A stretch of 64,000 bases of DNA from Macrostomum lignano. Taxonomy: Eukaryota. Made by a program: the position numbers and the translations under genes. The DNA is taken from assembly GCA_002269645.1 (NCBI GenBank), contig NIVC01003766.1:1-64000 (forward strand), in the 5' to 3' direction. The notes under the pieces are model-generated. The model searched no databases. It had not been told where the DNA came from and was given only the letters and a program-made list of their open reading frames with translations. Every line of letters starts with the position of its first letter. Position 1 is the stretch's first letter. Positions 13,036-29,924 of this stretch are shown piece by piece.

Positions 13036-13617
13036 CATATGTACATTTTTAAAGTCTAAAATCTAATGTGAATATGCAAAGACTGTTTGTCGATAACATT
13101 ATTTATTTAATCTAGTAAACTTTAGAAATCACACTGCTATAAGTAGTCAGCAATCCTTTTTCCATAAGAAAAAGCAAGCCTTTCGCCGCAGATCTATATC
13201 AGCCAATAAAATCATCCATCAATCAGTAACCTTTAAATTGCAATCTGTCTCTAGACCCGGACAAAGCCTGCGTGCAAAGATTTTTTTTCAAAACAAGTGC
13301 CACTGACTGGTCGTTGAGAGGCAACTCGGCGCTTTCCTGCAAGCTACACACCAAAAATTCAATCCTCATGTTTTTGCAAAACCAATTGGCAGGTGTTAAT
13401 TCGAAAAATATGCCCCATGAAAGGAACTTCTAACTGCTACTTTTGGGGTTAAACCTTGAACAAAGGCATTTTTAGCAAATCGTTTGTCAATTTTTTTTCC
13501 TTAGTCTACTACTTAGTCTACTGAAAGTAGGATTATATACGTATATCCACAATATATTTTAAATTTTTAATATTTTGTAGAATCTACTGACGACACTCAA
13601 TAATGACGCCTAAAATC

Positions 13618-13985
13618 TAGTGGCGCCAATACTGACATGTCCACACAGTCATGGCGCCAATACTGACATGTCTACTGTCATGGTGCCAATATTGACATGT
13701 CTACTGTCATGGCGCCAATACTGACATGTCCACACAGTCATGGCGCCAATACTGACATGTCCACACAGTCATGGCGCCAATACTGACATGTCCACACTGT
13801 CATGGCGCCAATACTGACATGTCCACACTGTCATGGCGCCAATACTGACATGTCCACAGTGGCGCCCTAAAATTTCCATTTTGGTACCTCAAAAATGTCC
13901 GCTTTGTTGACTTAAAAAGTTCCAACTTTGGCGCCACAAAAATATCCACTTTGACGCCACAAAAATATCCACTTTGGCGCCACAA
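13618..13985. repeat. 29-31-bp minisatellite (CATGGCGCCAATACTGACATGTCCACACAGT) plus TTGGCGCCAC satellites
   Basis: About 8 copies followed by three degenerate TTGGCGCCACAAAAA units. Confidence 0.9.
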
Positions 13986-14552
13986 AAATCCAAAAACCAG
14001 ACCATGCAAATTTGCAGATTAACTCACCCAGCGCTGAGCTCTGACGCAATTAATTTTATGCCATTCTCGGCGTTACAATCAATTTCTTGTTGTTGAAAAT
14101 TGTCAAGTTTTTCCATTAGAAAATCTATGATATTGAAAAAGATTTAGTTATACTAAAAGTAACAGTTAAAAATATGACAAATTCAACTTCTCAACTTGAG
14201 GCAAAGTTTTCTATGAAAGGCTACTCTAGTTAATTCACCGCTCAATGTGCAAGTCTCTTAGCTAGAAGGAAATGTCTCTGGAGGGCGGATGGGACTAAGG
14301 TCTCAAACACACAAGAGAAGAGCTGAGAGAAGCGATGCGACAGACAGATCTGAGCTAAATAGAAGCAAGTATGAAGGCCACTACACACCCACTGGTAACC
14401 AATCATAGCTGCTATAGGGCGTGGTCAAGGAGATTCTTGTAGACCCAATGGAGTTTACTTAGTGTCTACTGCTGTTGTTAACATTGTAGTTCAGAACAGT
14501 TCTTCGATTTTTCTGTTCATAGCTAGGCATACGAACCTTATGATGAGAAAAT

Positions 14553-15166
<614 letters not shown>

Positions 15167-15365
15167 GTCCCTAAAGCGTGAACAGATGGGCATATCGCAG
15201 CTAAAATTGGTCAATAAATATAGTGTTTGGATGGCAGTTGGCACTCCGAGCTCTTGCTCAGGGCCTCCTTGGCCGGACACAGTACGGTCCCATTTCTTTG
15301 ATCCCCACTCTTACTGCCACTCAACGTTCAGAATCTCTCCTCAGCTTCAATTCTCGTTTCCTTGG

Positions 15366-15400
<35 letters not shown>

Positions 15401-15909
15401 ACTCCTTCTCCCCTATACTTCGCTCCCTTGTCAAGGATGGCCCTCATCAGAGAAAATAAGAGAGCCGAAGTGATGTGAAAATCGAATAAAGTGCCGCCTC
15501 AGCACAAGGAATGACGCGCATCCCTAGCAGCTTCGTATGCAATCCCAGTGTAGTTTCATAATCACTTCAATTCTGGCTACGGTCGAACTTCTATCAAGCT
15601 TGGCCTACTCAAGATTTTTCCCCTCAGGGGGCCTCACAAATTACCGAGATGAAGCAGAGTTCGCTGAGTGCCCTGGCTTTGCTGTGACTGCAGTGCACTG
15701 TAGACAAGTTGCTATCATGATCCTTACATCCTCTCTAGCCTATGACTGGATGAGGCTTAACACTGCTTTAAGAGTTTTCTAGAGTGGCTATGGATAGCCA
15801 AGATTTTATCGACTCTTCGCTCTCCTGTACTTCATCATAACTCATCAATGGTCATTCTTGGGAACGCCACGCATTGAAGGAGCAGCTTGAGAAGGTAGCT
15901 GGTAGCCAA

Positions 15910-16282
15910 GAAGGGCGCCAAACTAGAAAATATTCAGTGGACCAAACTAAAGAGACACATGCAGTGGCGCCAAACTCAAGAGATACAGTGGTGCCAAACT
16001 TAAAAGACACATGCAGTGGCGCCAAACTCAAGAGATTCAGTGGCGCCAAACTAAAGAGACACAGTGGCGCCAAACTTAAAAGACACATGCAGTGGCACCA
16101 AACTAAAGAGACACAGTGGTGCCAAACTTAAAAGACACATGCAGTGGCGCCAAACTCAAGAGATTCAGTGGCGCCAAACTAAAGAGACACAGTGGCGCCA
16201 AACTTAAAAGACACATGCAGTGGCACTAAACTCAAGAGACACAGTGGCGCCAAACTCAAGAGGCACAGTGGCGCCAAACTAA
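15910..16282. repeat. 28-32-bp minisatellite (CAGTGGCGCCAAACTAAAGAGACA...)
   Basis: About 12 copies with a GGCGCCAAA core. Confidence 0.92.
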
Positions 16283-16515
16283 AGAATAAGAAACTAATTT
16301 TTGTTTTATGTCTTGCAAATGTATTATCTCAATCATTATAGTAGGATTGTTATAACGAAACATTACAGTTTTATTCACTTTGTAAAGATGGAAAAAATAG
16401 CCAAAGAAATACTTTTTGCAGAAACTAGAATATTTACTGAAAATTCAAATTCGACTACTTGTAGTAGAAGTATTGTAAGAAATATTGAATTAAGTTAAAT
16501 TCATTTTCAGCTAAG

Positions 16516-20724
<4,209 letters not shown>

Positions 20725-21234
20725 TTTCGAAATTTTTGCAATTGAGTCTGCTCTGTGCTTGCTGGTGTCTCAAATTTATCCTTCTGAGCCCCCCCCCCCA
20801 AGCTGGGCCAGTCGGAGAGAAAGGAAACCGCTAAGTCTGAGGGGATGGGTGGGGTTTCGGGTCAGACAGATAGTCGAAAGTACACTATAGAGATAACTCC
20901 GGGCAGCTGAGGATGAGATCGTTATTGCGTAATTATTCCATATTACCAAAAGATCAAAGGGAAATAGCCGCATATGGTTCCCTAAGCGTATTGATCATTT
21001 TAGGAAAGTGCAAATAAGGTGTCTTTATTTATCTCTATGTCTAAGTTGAACTCAGATCTTTAAACGGGGCCGACACGCACCCACAAGTCATGGGGTTGGC
21101 GGAATGGCCGAGGGGTGTTAGCGCCTCGGTTGAGAATGGTTGCACCCAGCTGACTAACCCTTGGAATGGCTGAGGGTTGTACCCGCAGCTCGCCCCATGC
21201 GGCCTGCGAAGCCTCTCTATCCGGCTCTGGGGTC

Positions 21235-21680
21235 CTTTGAAACTTCACAAAAGCAATCTGGCCCGCTCGAAGTTCTGTCTCTTCTCAGTTTCCTTCTCTT
21301 TAATATCCTCTCTCCCCCAGTCTCATCTCCTTTGTTTCTCTTCTCTCTCTCATCTCCTCTTCTCTCCTCTCTCATCTCCTTCTCTTCACTCCTCTTTCAA
21401 CTCCTTCTCTTCTCTCCTCTTTCATCTCCTTCTCTTCTCTCCTCTTTCATCTCCTTCTTTCTTTCCTCTCTCTCATCTCCTTCTCTCTCCTCACTCTCAT
21501 CTCCTTCTCTTCTCTCCTCTCCTCTCTCTCATCTCCTTCTCTCCTCTCTCATCTCCTTCTCTCCTCTCTCTAACCCCTTCTCTTCTTTTCTTTTATCTCA
21601 TATCTTCTTAATTATTCTCCCAACTCCTTTCTTCTATCTCTCTTCTCTCTTGTGTCTTCTCACTCCTCTCTCTCCCCTTC
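21235..21680 (+). repeat. Dispersed repeat (TTTGAAACTTCACAAAAGCAATCTGGCCCGCTCG...) running into a CT-rich tract
   Basis: An inverted homologous copy lies at about 51330-51480. Confidence 0.7.
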
Positions 21681-22144
21681 TCTGGTCCGCAATCATGCGC
21701 TAGGTTCTATAGCTGGCCCTTAAAGTAAAAAAAGTTTGCCGAACCCTGTCGTAACCGAATAATAAAGTTTGAATTATTTTATTTTATTTCAGTAATAATA
21801 GGAGAGCATTTTTCAATAAAGTTTTGTTACGCTTTGCAATTAGTAATGAATTGTTAATTTCTTACGGTTAATTAGAAGTATAACTGAAGAACAAATTAAA
21901 CCTATAAGTAGTACTCGAGTCAAGAAGGTAATAATGGCTATTGTGCTAGGATATTGTTGAGAAACTACAAACAGATACTGAGAAACTGACGCACTTACAT
22001 ATCAGACATATCAAACAATGAACAACTGGGTCTGCTTCCTATCAAAATTAATAACAGTTTTTGTGCTGAAAAAATGAAAACTTCCTGCCTTCCTAAAGTT
22101 TTCCAAGAAACGAGGTTTCCAGTCCTTCTACTTGAGTAGTCTTT

Positions 22145-22300
22145 GAAAGTGTACATGCCTAACGATAAATACATTTAAGGCCGCTGTTCACTCCTGTGTG
22201 AGTGTGTGCCTGTGCGTATGACTGCGTACGTATCCGCGCGCTTGTATGCCTGCTCAGGGGAGTCGGCGGAATGGGCAGTAATGCCTCTCGCCGGTTGTGG
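22145..22300 (+). mobile_element. 5'-truncated copy of the SINE family at 38751-39110
   Basis: GTACATGCCTAACGATAA...CTCCTGTGTGAGTGTGTGCCTG...GCCTGCTCAGGGGAGT[C/T]GGCGGAATGGGCAGTAATGCCTCTCGCC is shared with 38915-39050. Confidence 0.75.
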
Positions 22301-22309
22301 ACTTCTGGT

Positions 22310-22750
22310 TAGGGATTGCAATCCCGGGATCCCGGGGTCCCGAATCCTGGGACTACTTTTTGTTAATAATTTTTACAAAAAGTGTTTAATACGAACATAT
22401 TTGGGCTCACAACAAGTTTATTATACTGAGCTAACCGTTAATTGCCTCACGTCGCGTGGCGTCTTTTTAAACCCCGCATCACAGATTTAAATGTGAAATT
22501 TATTCCAATGTAAATTTTGATATATGATTTGCTTCTTTACTACTAATTAGTACTTTTATACTACTTACTTAATTATGTCACACGATAATGCTGTTTTTTA
22601 TCCACAAAAAGATCATTATCTCTGTAACAATCAAAAATGGAAGTAAAAATGTTTAGCGCATATTTTGCCTTAAAATTTCAACCAAGAAGCTTAAAAACCT
22701 GTATTTTCTGATCCCGGGATCGCAAAAATACCGGGATTTTGCAATCCCTA
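22310..22750. mobile_element. hAT-family MITE (441 bp)
   Basis: TIRs TAGGGATTGCAA (22310) and TTGCAATCCCTA (ending 22750). 8-bp flanks CTTCTGGT / CGTCTGGT (7/8 match). Subterminal CCCGGGAT repeats. Confidence 0.85.
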
Positions 22751-22826
22751 CGTCTGGTGCACACAGCCTAATAACAGACACAGAAATGACAGAAACAGAC
22801 CAAATAAAGTCGCAGCTCAAGCACAA

Positions 22827-24864
22827 TCAATGGAGCTCCCCCATAACTCCACCTTTGAACCTGACTTCATCCGTGCCGACCCTGGTGGTATCGGTGGTGT
22901 ACCTGATCACCACCACTTGAGACCCGGTGGTGGCGTCTACTACGTACAGATGCGCCCCGTGGCTGGCGCTGCCACCGCTGGAGCAGGCCATGGGTCCGGG
23001 GACGAACTGGCCTGCCTTGACATCGTCAGCCTTAGTGCCTGCCGCCCGCTCCTGCTCAAACTCCCTAGACGCTGATTCCGATAACACTAACGAGCGCTTC
23101 TGAGAAGCGGTGTCGGCAGAGGTGCTGCTGCTGCTGCTGCTGGCCTCATGCTCGCCAGTTTCCTTGGTGATTGTCCCGGCATCGTAGTCCAAGTCTAGCA
23201 GCGACATCTGCGCGTCCTCCAGCCAGTTCTTGCTCCAGCCCGCGTCGGTGAGGTCGGGCTCCAAGTCCGGGTGCCAGACTACGTAGATGTGCGGCTCCCC
23301 GGTGGCTGCGAAGACCATCTGGCGGCCGGGGTCGCAGGCCATGCCGAGCTGGCTGACTGGACTTTCGCTATCCAGCAGTAGCAAATAGTTGTCGCTGCTG
23401 AACAGTTTACGGTAGTGAGACTAAATATTTAGGTGACAAACTAAATCTTAGTAGACGGGGCGATTTAGGTGAGGAACTAAAATTTAGGAGACGGGCGATT
23501 TAGGTGACAAACTAAAATTTAGGAGACGGGCGATTTAGGTTTCAAACTAAAATGTAGGAGCTCGGCGGTTTAGGTGGAAAACTAAAATTTAGGAGACGGG
23601 CGATTTAGGTGACAAACTAAATTTATCAATAGATGACAGAAAACTCAGGCAAGCTCACTCTTGACAAATTTTCCTATTCGTCTTGGCCAGGTTCTGCACA
23701 ACCTCGGGCGAGCTGAAGGTTCTCGAACCGATGGTTCGCCAGATTAACTGGTCGCCTTTCTCGTAGCACTCGGATCGGTAGCGAAGCTGGCGAGAATGTA
23801 AGGAAAATAAATCTATGTTAATTAGCTCGTAGTAGGACGAGATTAGGGCTATGGCTAGAGCAAGGGTTAGGGCTAGGGTTAGAGCTAGGGTTAGGGCTAG
23901 GGTTAGGGCTAGGGCTAGAGCTAGGGTTAGGGCTAGGGCTAGAACTAGGGTTAGGGCAGGGATAGAGCTAGGGTTAGGGTTAGGGCTAGGGCTAGAGTTA
24001 GGGTTAGGGCTAGGGCTAGGGCTAGAGCTAGGGTTAGGGTTAGGGCTAGGGCTAGAGCTAGGGTTAGGGCTAGGGCTAGGGCTAGAACTAGGGTTAGGGC
24101 AGGGATAGAGCTAGGGTTAGGGTTAGGGCTAGGGCTAGAGTTAGGGTTAGGGCTAGGGCTAGGGCTAGAGCTAGGGTTAGGGTTAGGGCTAGGGCTAGGG
24201 TTAGGGCTAGGGCTAGAGCTAGGGTTAGAGCTAGGGTTAGGGTTAGGGCTAGAGCTAGGGTTAGGGCTAGGGCTAGAGCTAGGGTTAGGGCTAGGGCTAG
24301 AGCTAGGGTTAGGGCTAGGGCTAGAGCTAGGGTTAGGGCAGGGATAGAGCTAGGGTTAGGGCTAGGGCTAAGGTTATAGCTAGGGCTATATGGCTACGGC
24401 TAGGGCTAGGGCAAGGTTAAGTAGCCAAAACACAGGTATTAGGAACAGTGGCGCCCTTGCTTTAAACCGTCATCTAGCATCTAAGAGACGCCTCAGTAGT
24501 TCCACGCGCCACCAACACCCTTACCATAATATCGCCGGCAGAGCTCATCAGGTACAGGAACTGCCTGCTCAACCGCACATTGAACAGCTCGTCGTTCAAC
24601 GAGTAGCACCGATCGAACACGCAAGACTCGGACAAGTCGGACAGCGAGCGGCAGGTCAGTCGGTCAGGGAAGAGCAGCAGTACGCAGTCTGCTTGTTTGT
24701 CGGCCGCCATTGAGCGGACGTCGCCGGCGCACACAGCTTGGTCGAGATACTCGACAAAATCAACGGACAAACAGCGGCTGTAGGCTGTGAGGGACTCGGC
24801 AGCGCAGACGCTGCCTGCGCGGCTGCCTATAGCTTGGTGTCGCTTCAGCTGCTGCTGCTGCTGC

Positions 24865-24918
<54 letters not shown>

Positions 24919-24920
24919 AG

Positions 24921-24977
<57 letters not shown>

Positions 24978-25001
24978 TTGTTGTTGTTTTTGTTGTTGTT
25001 G

Positions 25002-25032
<31 letters not shown>

Positions 25033-25123
25033 TGTTGCTGTTGTTGGTCTTCTTGCTGTTGCAGTTGTAGCTGCAGCGAACTGAAAGTTATAATTAGTTA
25101 GTCAGTCAGTCAGTCAGTCAGTC

Positions 25124-25198
<75 letters not shown>

Positions 25199-25215
25199 CA
25201 GTCAGTCAGTCAGTC

Positions 25216-25302
<87 letters not shown>

Positions 25303-25531
25303 CAGTTAGTTAGTTAGTTAGTTAGTTAGTCAGTTAGTTAGTTAGTTAGTTAGTTAGTCAGTTATTTAGTCAGTTATTTAGTTAGTTAGTTGGCTAGTTA
25401 GTTAGTTAGTTAGTCAGTTATAGTTAGTCAGCTAGTTAATTAGTTAGTCTATCAAGTTTTCTATCAAGTTTTATCCACACACGAGTATGTACCCTTGTTG
25501 CTGTTGCTGCTGCGGTTGCTGCTGCTGCTGT

Positions 25532-25612
<81 letters not shown>

Positions 25613-26411
25613 AGAGCATAGTGCCCAGGTCTATAGTGCGCCAGTCGGAAGTATCTGAGTTGTCGGTGGTTCAATACCAAATAGGAACCGTCGCTGCAGC
25701 ACGACACCAAACGACAATTTCGACCATCTGCATTTAAATTTGAAAGAAATTTTCTAGCAACATTATATGGAGAAATAAACTTGGGGAGATGTCAAAATTC
25801 TTGTGTGATACAGTTGGAAAATGTAATTAAATACATGTCCAAAGTAGGCAGCCTCATGAAACCCCCTTTAACCGCTGTCGACTGTAACATGTACCAGTAC
25901 ATGCATATGTCTTAGAGACCCTTTGGATGCCGCGATACCGTATCCTCCCCGAAATCAGTCTACATCTAGCTGTGTACGTGTACATGTACAAACGTACATT
26001 AATGTATATGCCGACTGTACACCTGCCGACACCACTCAGGCCCTCAAGAACTAGGACACTATCATTTCAATTAAAAGACTTAACAGCTGTATAAAACTTC
26101 TCGAATGAGTCTTCCTCGATATAAAGGCAGTGCAGGCACTGATATACTCGTCTATACTGTATAGTAACCGTTGGAGTAGCCATCAGCATTCACAAAGCTC
26201 GGTACTCACAGTTAGTTACCCTGTGAGGCTGCTTAGTGGCCTGCACCAAACCGCTGTGCTTGTTCCACTTGTAATGCAGCAGTCCGTTCTGCCTGCAGGC
26301 GAACATGATCTCGCCAAGGGCTTCGTTGACGTCAACTGAACAGCAGGAGTAGCCGCGTGGAAGATTAAACTCCTGGATAACCTCCCAGTTGAGACGATAA
26401 GTCTGTTTCAT
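22827..26411 (-). CDS. Five-exon orphan protein with a very long polyglutamine tract; exons 26411-26210, 25727-25493, 25080-24525, 23786-23659, 23397-22827
   Basis: All four GT-AG junctions join in phase (1, 2, 0, 2) with no internal stop. The protein runs MKQTYRLNWEVIQEF...polyQ...LTAYSRCLSVDFVEY...CDPGRQMVFAATGEPHIYVVW...LYVVDATTGSQ...GELH*. Confidence 0.8.
23420..23620. repeat. About 35-bp intronic minisatellite (GGCGATTTAGGTGACAAACTAAAATTTAGGAGACG)
   Basis: About 5-6 copies. Confidence 0.85.
23845..24415 (+). repeat. Degenerate telomere-like hexamer array (TTAGGG/CTAGGG/CTAGAG)
   Basis: About 95 hexamers inside intron 3 of the polyQ gene. Confidence 0.92.
25095..25445. repeat. (GTTA/GTCA)n microsatellite filling the intron that splits the polyQ tract
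   Basis: Direct reading. Confidence 0.95.
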
Positions 26412-26585
26412 CAAGATCGATTCTTATGGATTCTATCGACGCGTAAGAAGTCTGGTGTAAATGTTTGCAAAGTAATCCTTTAAAAAAGAAGATTCATCGC
26501 TAAACGATGCCATTTACTTTGAGATATCAAGATGTCTATGGAATTAAAGTCCCTTTTAAGGGACCGCAAAATAGCTGATCTGTGA

Positions 26586-26915
26586 CTGTGTCTGCTGCTT
26601 TCACACCCTCTGAAGTCCTCAGCGATCTCTGGCTGTGTCTGCTGCTTTCACACCCTCTGAAGTCCTCAGCGATCTCTGACTGTGTCTGCTGCTTTCGCAA
26701 CCTCTGAAGTCCTCAGCGATCTCTGGCTGTGTCTGCTGCTTTCGCAACCTCTGAAGTCCTCAGCGATCTCTGGCTGTGTCTGCTGCTTTCACACCCTCTG
26801 AAGTCCTCAGCGATCTCTGGCTGTGTCTGCTGCTTTCGCACCCTCTGAAGTCCTCAGCGATCTCTGGCTGTGTCTGCTGCTTTCACACCCTCTGAAGTCC
26901 TCAGCGATCTCTGGC
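26586..26915. repeat. 47-bp tandem repeat, 7 copies
   Basis: CTGTGTCTGCTGCTTTCACACCCTCTGAAGTCCTCAGCGATCTCTGG at 26586, 26633 and onward. Confidence 0.95.
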
Positions 26916-27919
26916 TCACAGTATTGATTCAATCAATATCAAATTTTGTGAACCAACCGAATATTCACTCTGGTATGATTAAAGAAAACATTTTAACAAA
27001 ATAGATGTTTACAATGCAAAAAAAGATATTTATATTAGTCAGCGAACATAAAATCTGTATATTTTACACTTCAGAACATTTCGGATTACAATATAAGGGA
27101 AATTCATACAATAATAGTAGGTTTATTCTGCATATATAAATACAAGTATTAAGATAACAGACCGCTACCTTGAAAGTTACTTGAAAGAAGTGTTGCATTC
27201 ACAAGAGTACTGAGTATAATTCTATTAGACTTAAATATGTAATTGTAAGTGCAATATGTTAATAAAACATATGCATATTATCCTACTCATAGATGATAGC
27301 GCAGGAGTAATATATTTACATTGGATAGCTTCATATCGATTTTTTAATTTTTAGGCCCAAATGTGACTAAAAAATCTTACTCACTACTCAATTGTAGTAA
27401 TCTTATCTGAATAAAAATACAAAGGCTTGAAAGAGAATAAATTCCCAACAAAATAGGAGCTACATAAGAAGGGAAACTAGAAATAATTTTAATAAATTAC
27501 CCCCTTAATACCGCGTAAGCAGCCAAGCAAAATATGATGTTAAAATGGTCAGGCAGACACAACTCCAGTGGCAGTTTACAATGCATATATAGCTAGTTTA
27601 TGTTAACAAAAAGCAATTACAATTAGCGGACGTTTGAAAGATGCACACCTGTTATTAAGAATAAGGTAGTTTAAAAGCAAAAACCTAAATCTAAAATGTT
27701 TTTGATATTTTATAAAAAAGGGTTGCTACCTGGAGCTCAAAGGGTGTTTTAAAGGGGATGCAAATTACAATGGCAACAAAAATTGATGATACTTGCAACT
27801 CGAATTCTGGCGAAAAACATAGATTTAGAGGCCGCATCCTTGATTTGGAGGATGACTTTTATAACTAAGCGTTTTTAATTGTAGTTTCTTTAAGCAACCA
27901 ATAAGTCCTACGTAAACGT

Positions 27920-28570
27920 CTCTATAGATTCTCTTTAAACATATCTAAAGATTCTCTTCAAACATTTCTATAGATTCTGTTCAAACATCCCTATAGATTT
28001 TCTTTAAACATCCCTGAGGATTCTCTTTGAAAATCCCTATAGATTCTCTTTAAACACCCCTATAGATTCTTTTCAATCAAACACCCCTATAGATTCTTTT
28101 CAATCAAACACCCCTATAGATTCTTTTCAATCAAACACCCCTATAGATTCTGTTCAAACATCCCTATAGATTCTCTTCAAACATCCCTATAGATTCTCTT
28201 CAAACATCCCTATAGATTCTCTTCAAACATCCCTATAGATTCTCTTCAAACATCCCTATAGATTCTGTTCAAACATCCCTATAGATTCTGTTCAAACATC
28301 CCTATAGATTCTGTTCAAACATCCCTAAAGATTCTGTTCAAACATCCCTATAGATTTTCTTCAAACATCCCTATAGATTCTGTTCAAACATCCCTAAAGA
28401 TTCTGTTCAAACATCCCTATAGATTCTGTTCAAACATCCCTATAGATTTTCTTTAAACATCCTTGAGGATTCTCTTTAAAAATCCCTATAGATTCTCTTA
28501 AAACACCCTATAGATTCTCTTCAAACAAAAATCCCTAAAGATCCTCTTAAACATTTCGATAAATCCCCTT
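27920..28570. repeat. 23-bp minisatellite (AAACATCCCTATAGATTCTGTTC) immediately 3' of UFD1
   Basis: About 27 copies. Confidence 0.93.
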
Positions 28571-28602
28571 TAAACACCTATGCAAATCTCTCTCATAAGT
28601 CT

Positions 28603-29718
28603 TTATCGCTGCTTGGCGGTTCGAGCAGTTTTCAAACGCATCCCAGCCCCGTCGAACGCTTTAAACGAGCCGGCGTCGCCGCCGTCAACGGCCGCATTGT
28701 CGTTGCCGTTGCCGCGGTTAAATTTGCGAATAAAATGCAGCTCGCCAGGTCGATAGTCGTAGTTAGGAACGCCGCGCTCCTTAGCCGAGTAGCTGTTTAA
28801 AGAAGATGAAGAGTCAACAGATGTTAATCCGCCGTTGACAGCAGCAGCAGAGGAACTGGAAGCTGCGGTAGCTCCATCAGCGGAGAACACGTGCGGCTGT
28901 TGCGACTTCAATTTTCCGTCTAAGCGTTGACCGGCGCCAGGAAAAGCGGCTGGTCTATCCGGGTTTCGAGCACCCTCAGGAATAACCGGCTGATGGCTGA
29001 GATCCTCCATGGCGCCTGGGATCAACGGCAAGCCGGTAGCGCCGCCGAGACCGTCGGTAAATCCGCCGGCGGCTCCGCTAGGCAAGCTAGCCTGAGAAGC
29101 GGACTTCGGCACTGTGCTCTCCTCGTAGCCAACCGGCTTGTCAAATTCAACATTAACGTCGCATTCAATGATAGTGACGCTATTAGCCGGCTTGAGCTCC
29201 TGTACTAGCAGCTCGTATTCTTTATTGTTATAATGCAATACGATAATATCGCCGGTGCTTAGGCAAGCAAATTTACGCAGCTCATTTTCTAGCACAGCTT
29301 TCGGATTGGAAATGTCAAGAAAGTTGACATTCTGCGGTTGGAATTTGGCGTAAGTAGCCTTGGGCAAAGAGACATTCTCTATGCGCAACATATCGCCTTC
29401 GTTCAATAGCAGATTCTGCATTATCCAATAGGGCACGTAGACCCGGCCCTCTTCGGCTGTGAATTCTATAACGCCGGCGTGGCTAAATTTCTTTGTCACG
29501 GGATTCGACAGCCGGAATATCATTGGATATTGAATGTGCAGCTGGACTAGGGACTCCAGAGCGGATTGGGGCATGATAATCTTGCCGCCAGTTTGGGCTT
29601 CCTGTCTGACCTTGTCCTGGCCGGTGAACATGCTGGCTGAGTAGCACCGGTAGGTGGTCTCAAATGTGCTTGACATCTGCGGCCCGGGCCCGCCGCCGAA
29701 TACGAAGCGATTGAACAT
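28603..29718 (-). CDS. UFD1: Ubiquitin recognition factor in ERAD 1, intronless, 371 aa
   Basis: YRCYSASM...GGKIIMPQSAL...YPMIFRL...HAGVIEFTAEEGRVYVPYW...PKAVLENELRKFACLSTGD matches the UFD1 N-domain. SHP-like boxes FPGAGQRLDG and FKAFDGAGMRL. Confidence 0.97.
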   Translation of the reverse strand: MFNRFVFGGGPGPQMSSTFETTYRCYSASMFTGQDKVRQEAQTGGKIIMPQSALESLVQLHIQYPMIFRLSNPVTKKFSHAGVIEFTAEEGRVYVPYWIMQNLLLNEGDMLRIENVSLPKATYAKFQPQNVNFLDISNPKAVLENELRKFACLSTGDIIVLHYNNKEYELLVQELKPANSVTIIECDVNVEFDKPVGYEESTVPKSASQASLPSGAAGGFTDGLGGATGLPLIPGAMEDLSHQPVIPEGARNPDRPAAFPGAGQRLDGKLKSQQPHVFSADGATAASSSSAAAVNGGLTSVDSSSSLNSYSAKERGVPNYDYRPGELHFIRKFNRGNGNDNAAVDGGDAGSFKAFDGAGMRLKTARTAKQR

Positions 29719-29924
29719 TTTTTAGATATCAAATTTTATAAAATTGACTTGTGAAGACAAAAACCAAACTGATTCCAGTTTTGCATGCACGAAAAAGAAA
29801 AGGAAAAATCATTTCAACAACCATTTTTAGCAGTTATGGGGACTCTGAAATTGTTTCTAAAAGTGATTCTCACACAGCTGTTGCTGCGGACAATCCTGAT
29901 CTAACTGTTGCTATTGGAAATTTG

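Noticed and set aside
21060-21235. HDV-like or hammerhead ribozyme assignment
   Set aside because: CTGCGAA after a hairpin resembles the HDV J4/2, but I could not build P1/P3/L3 at the right spacing. There is no CTGANGA/GAAA hammerhead core on either strand.
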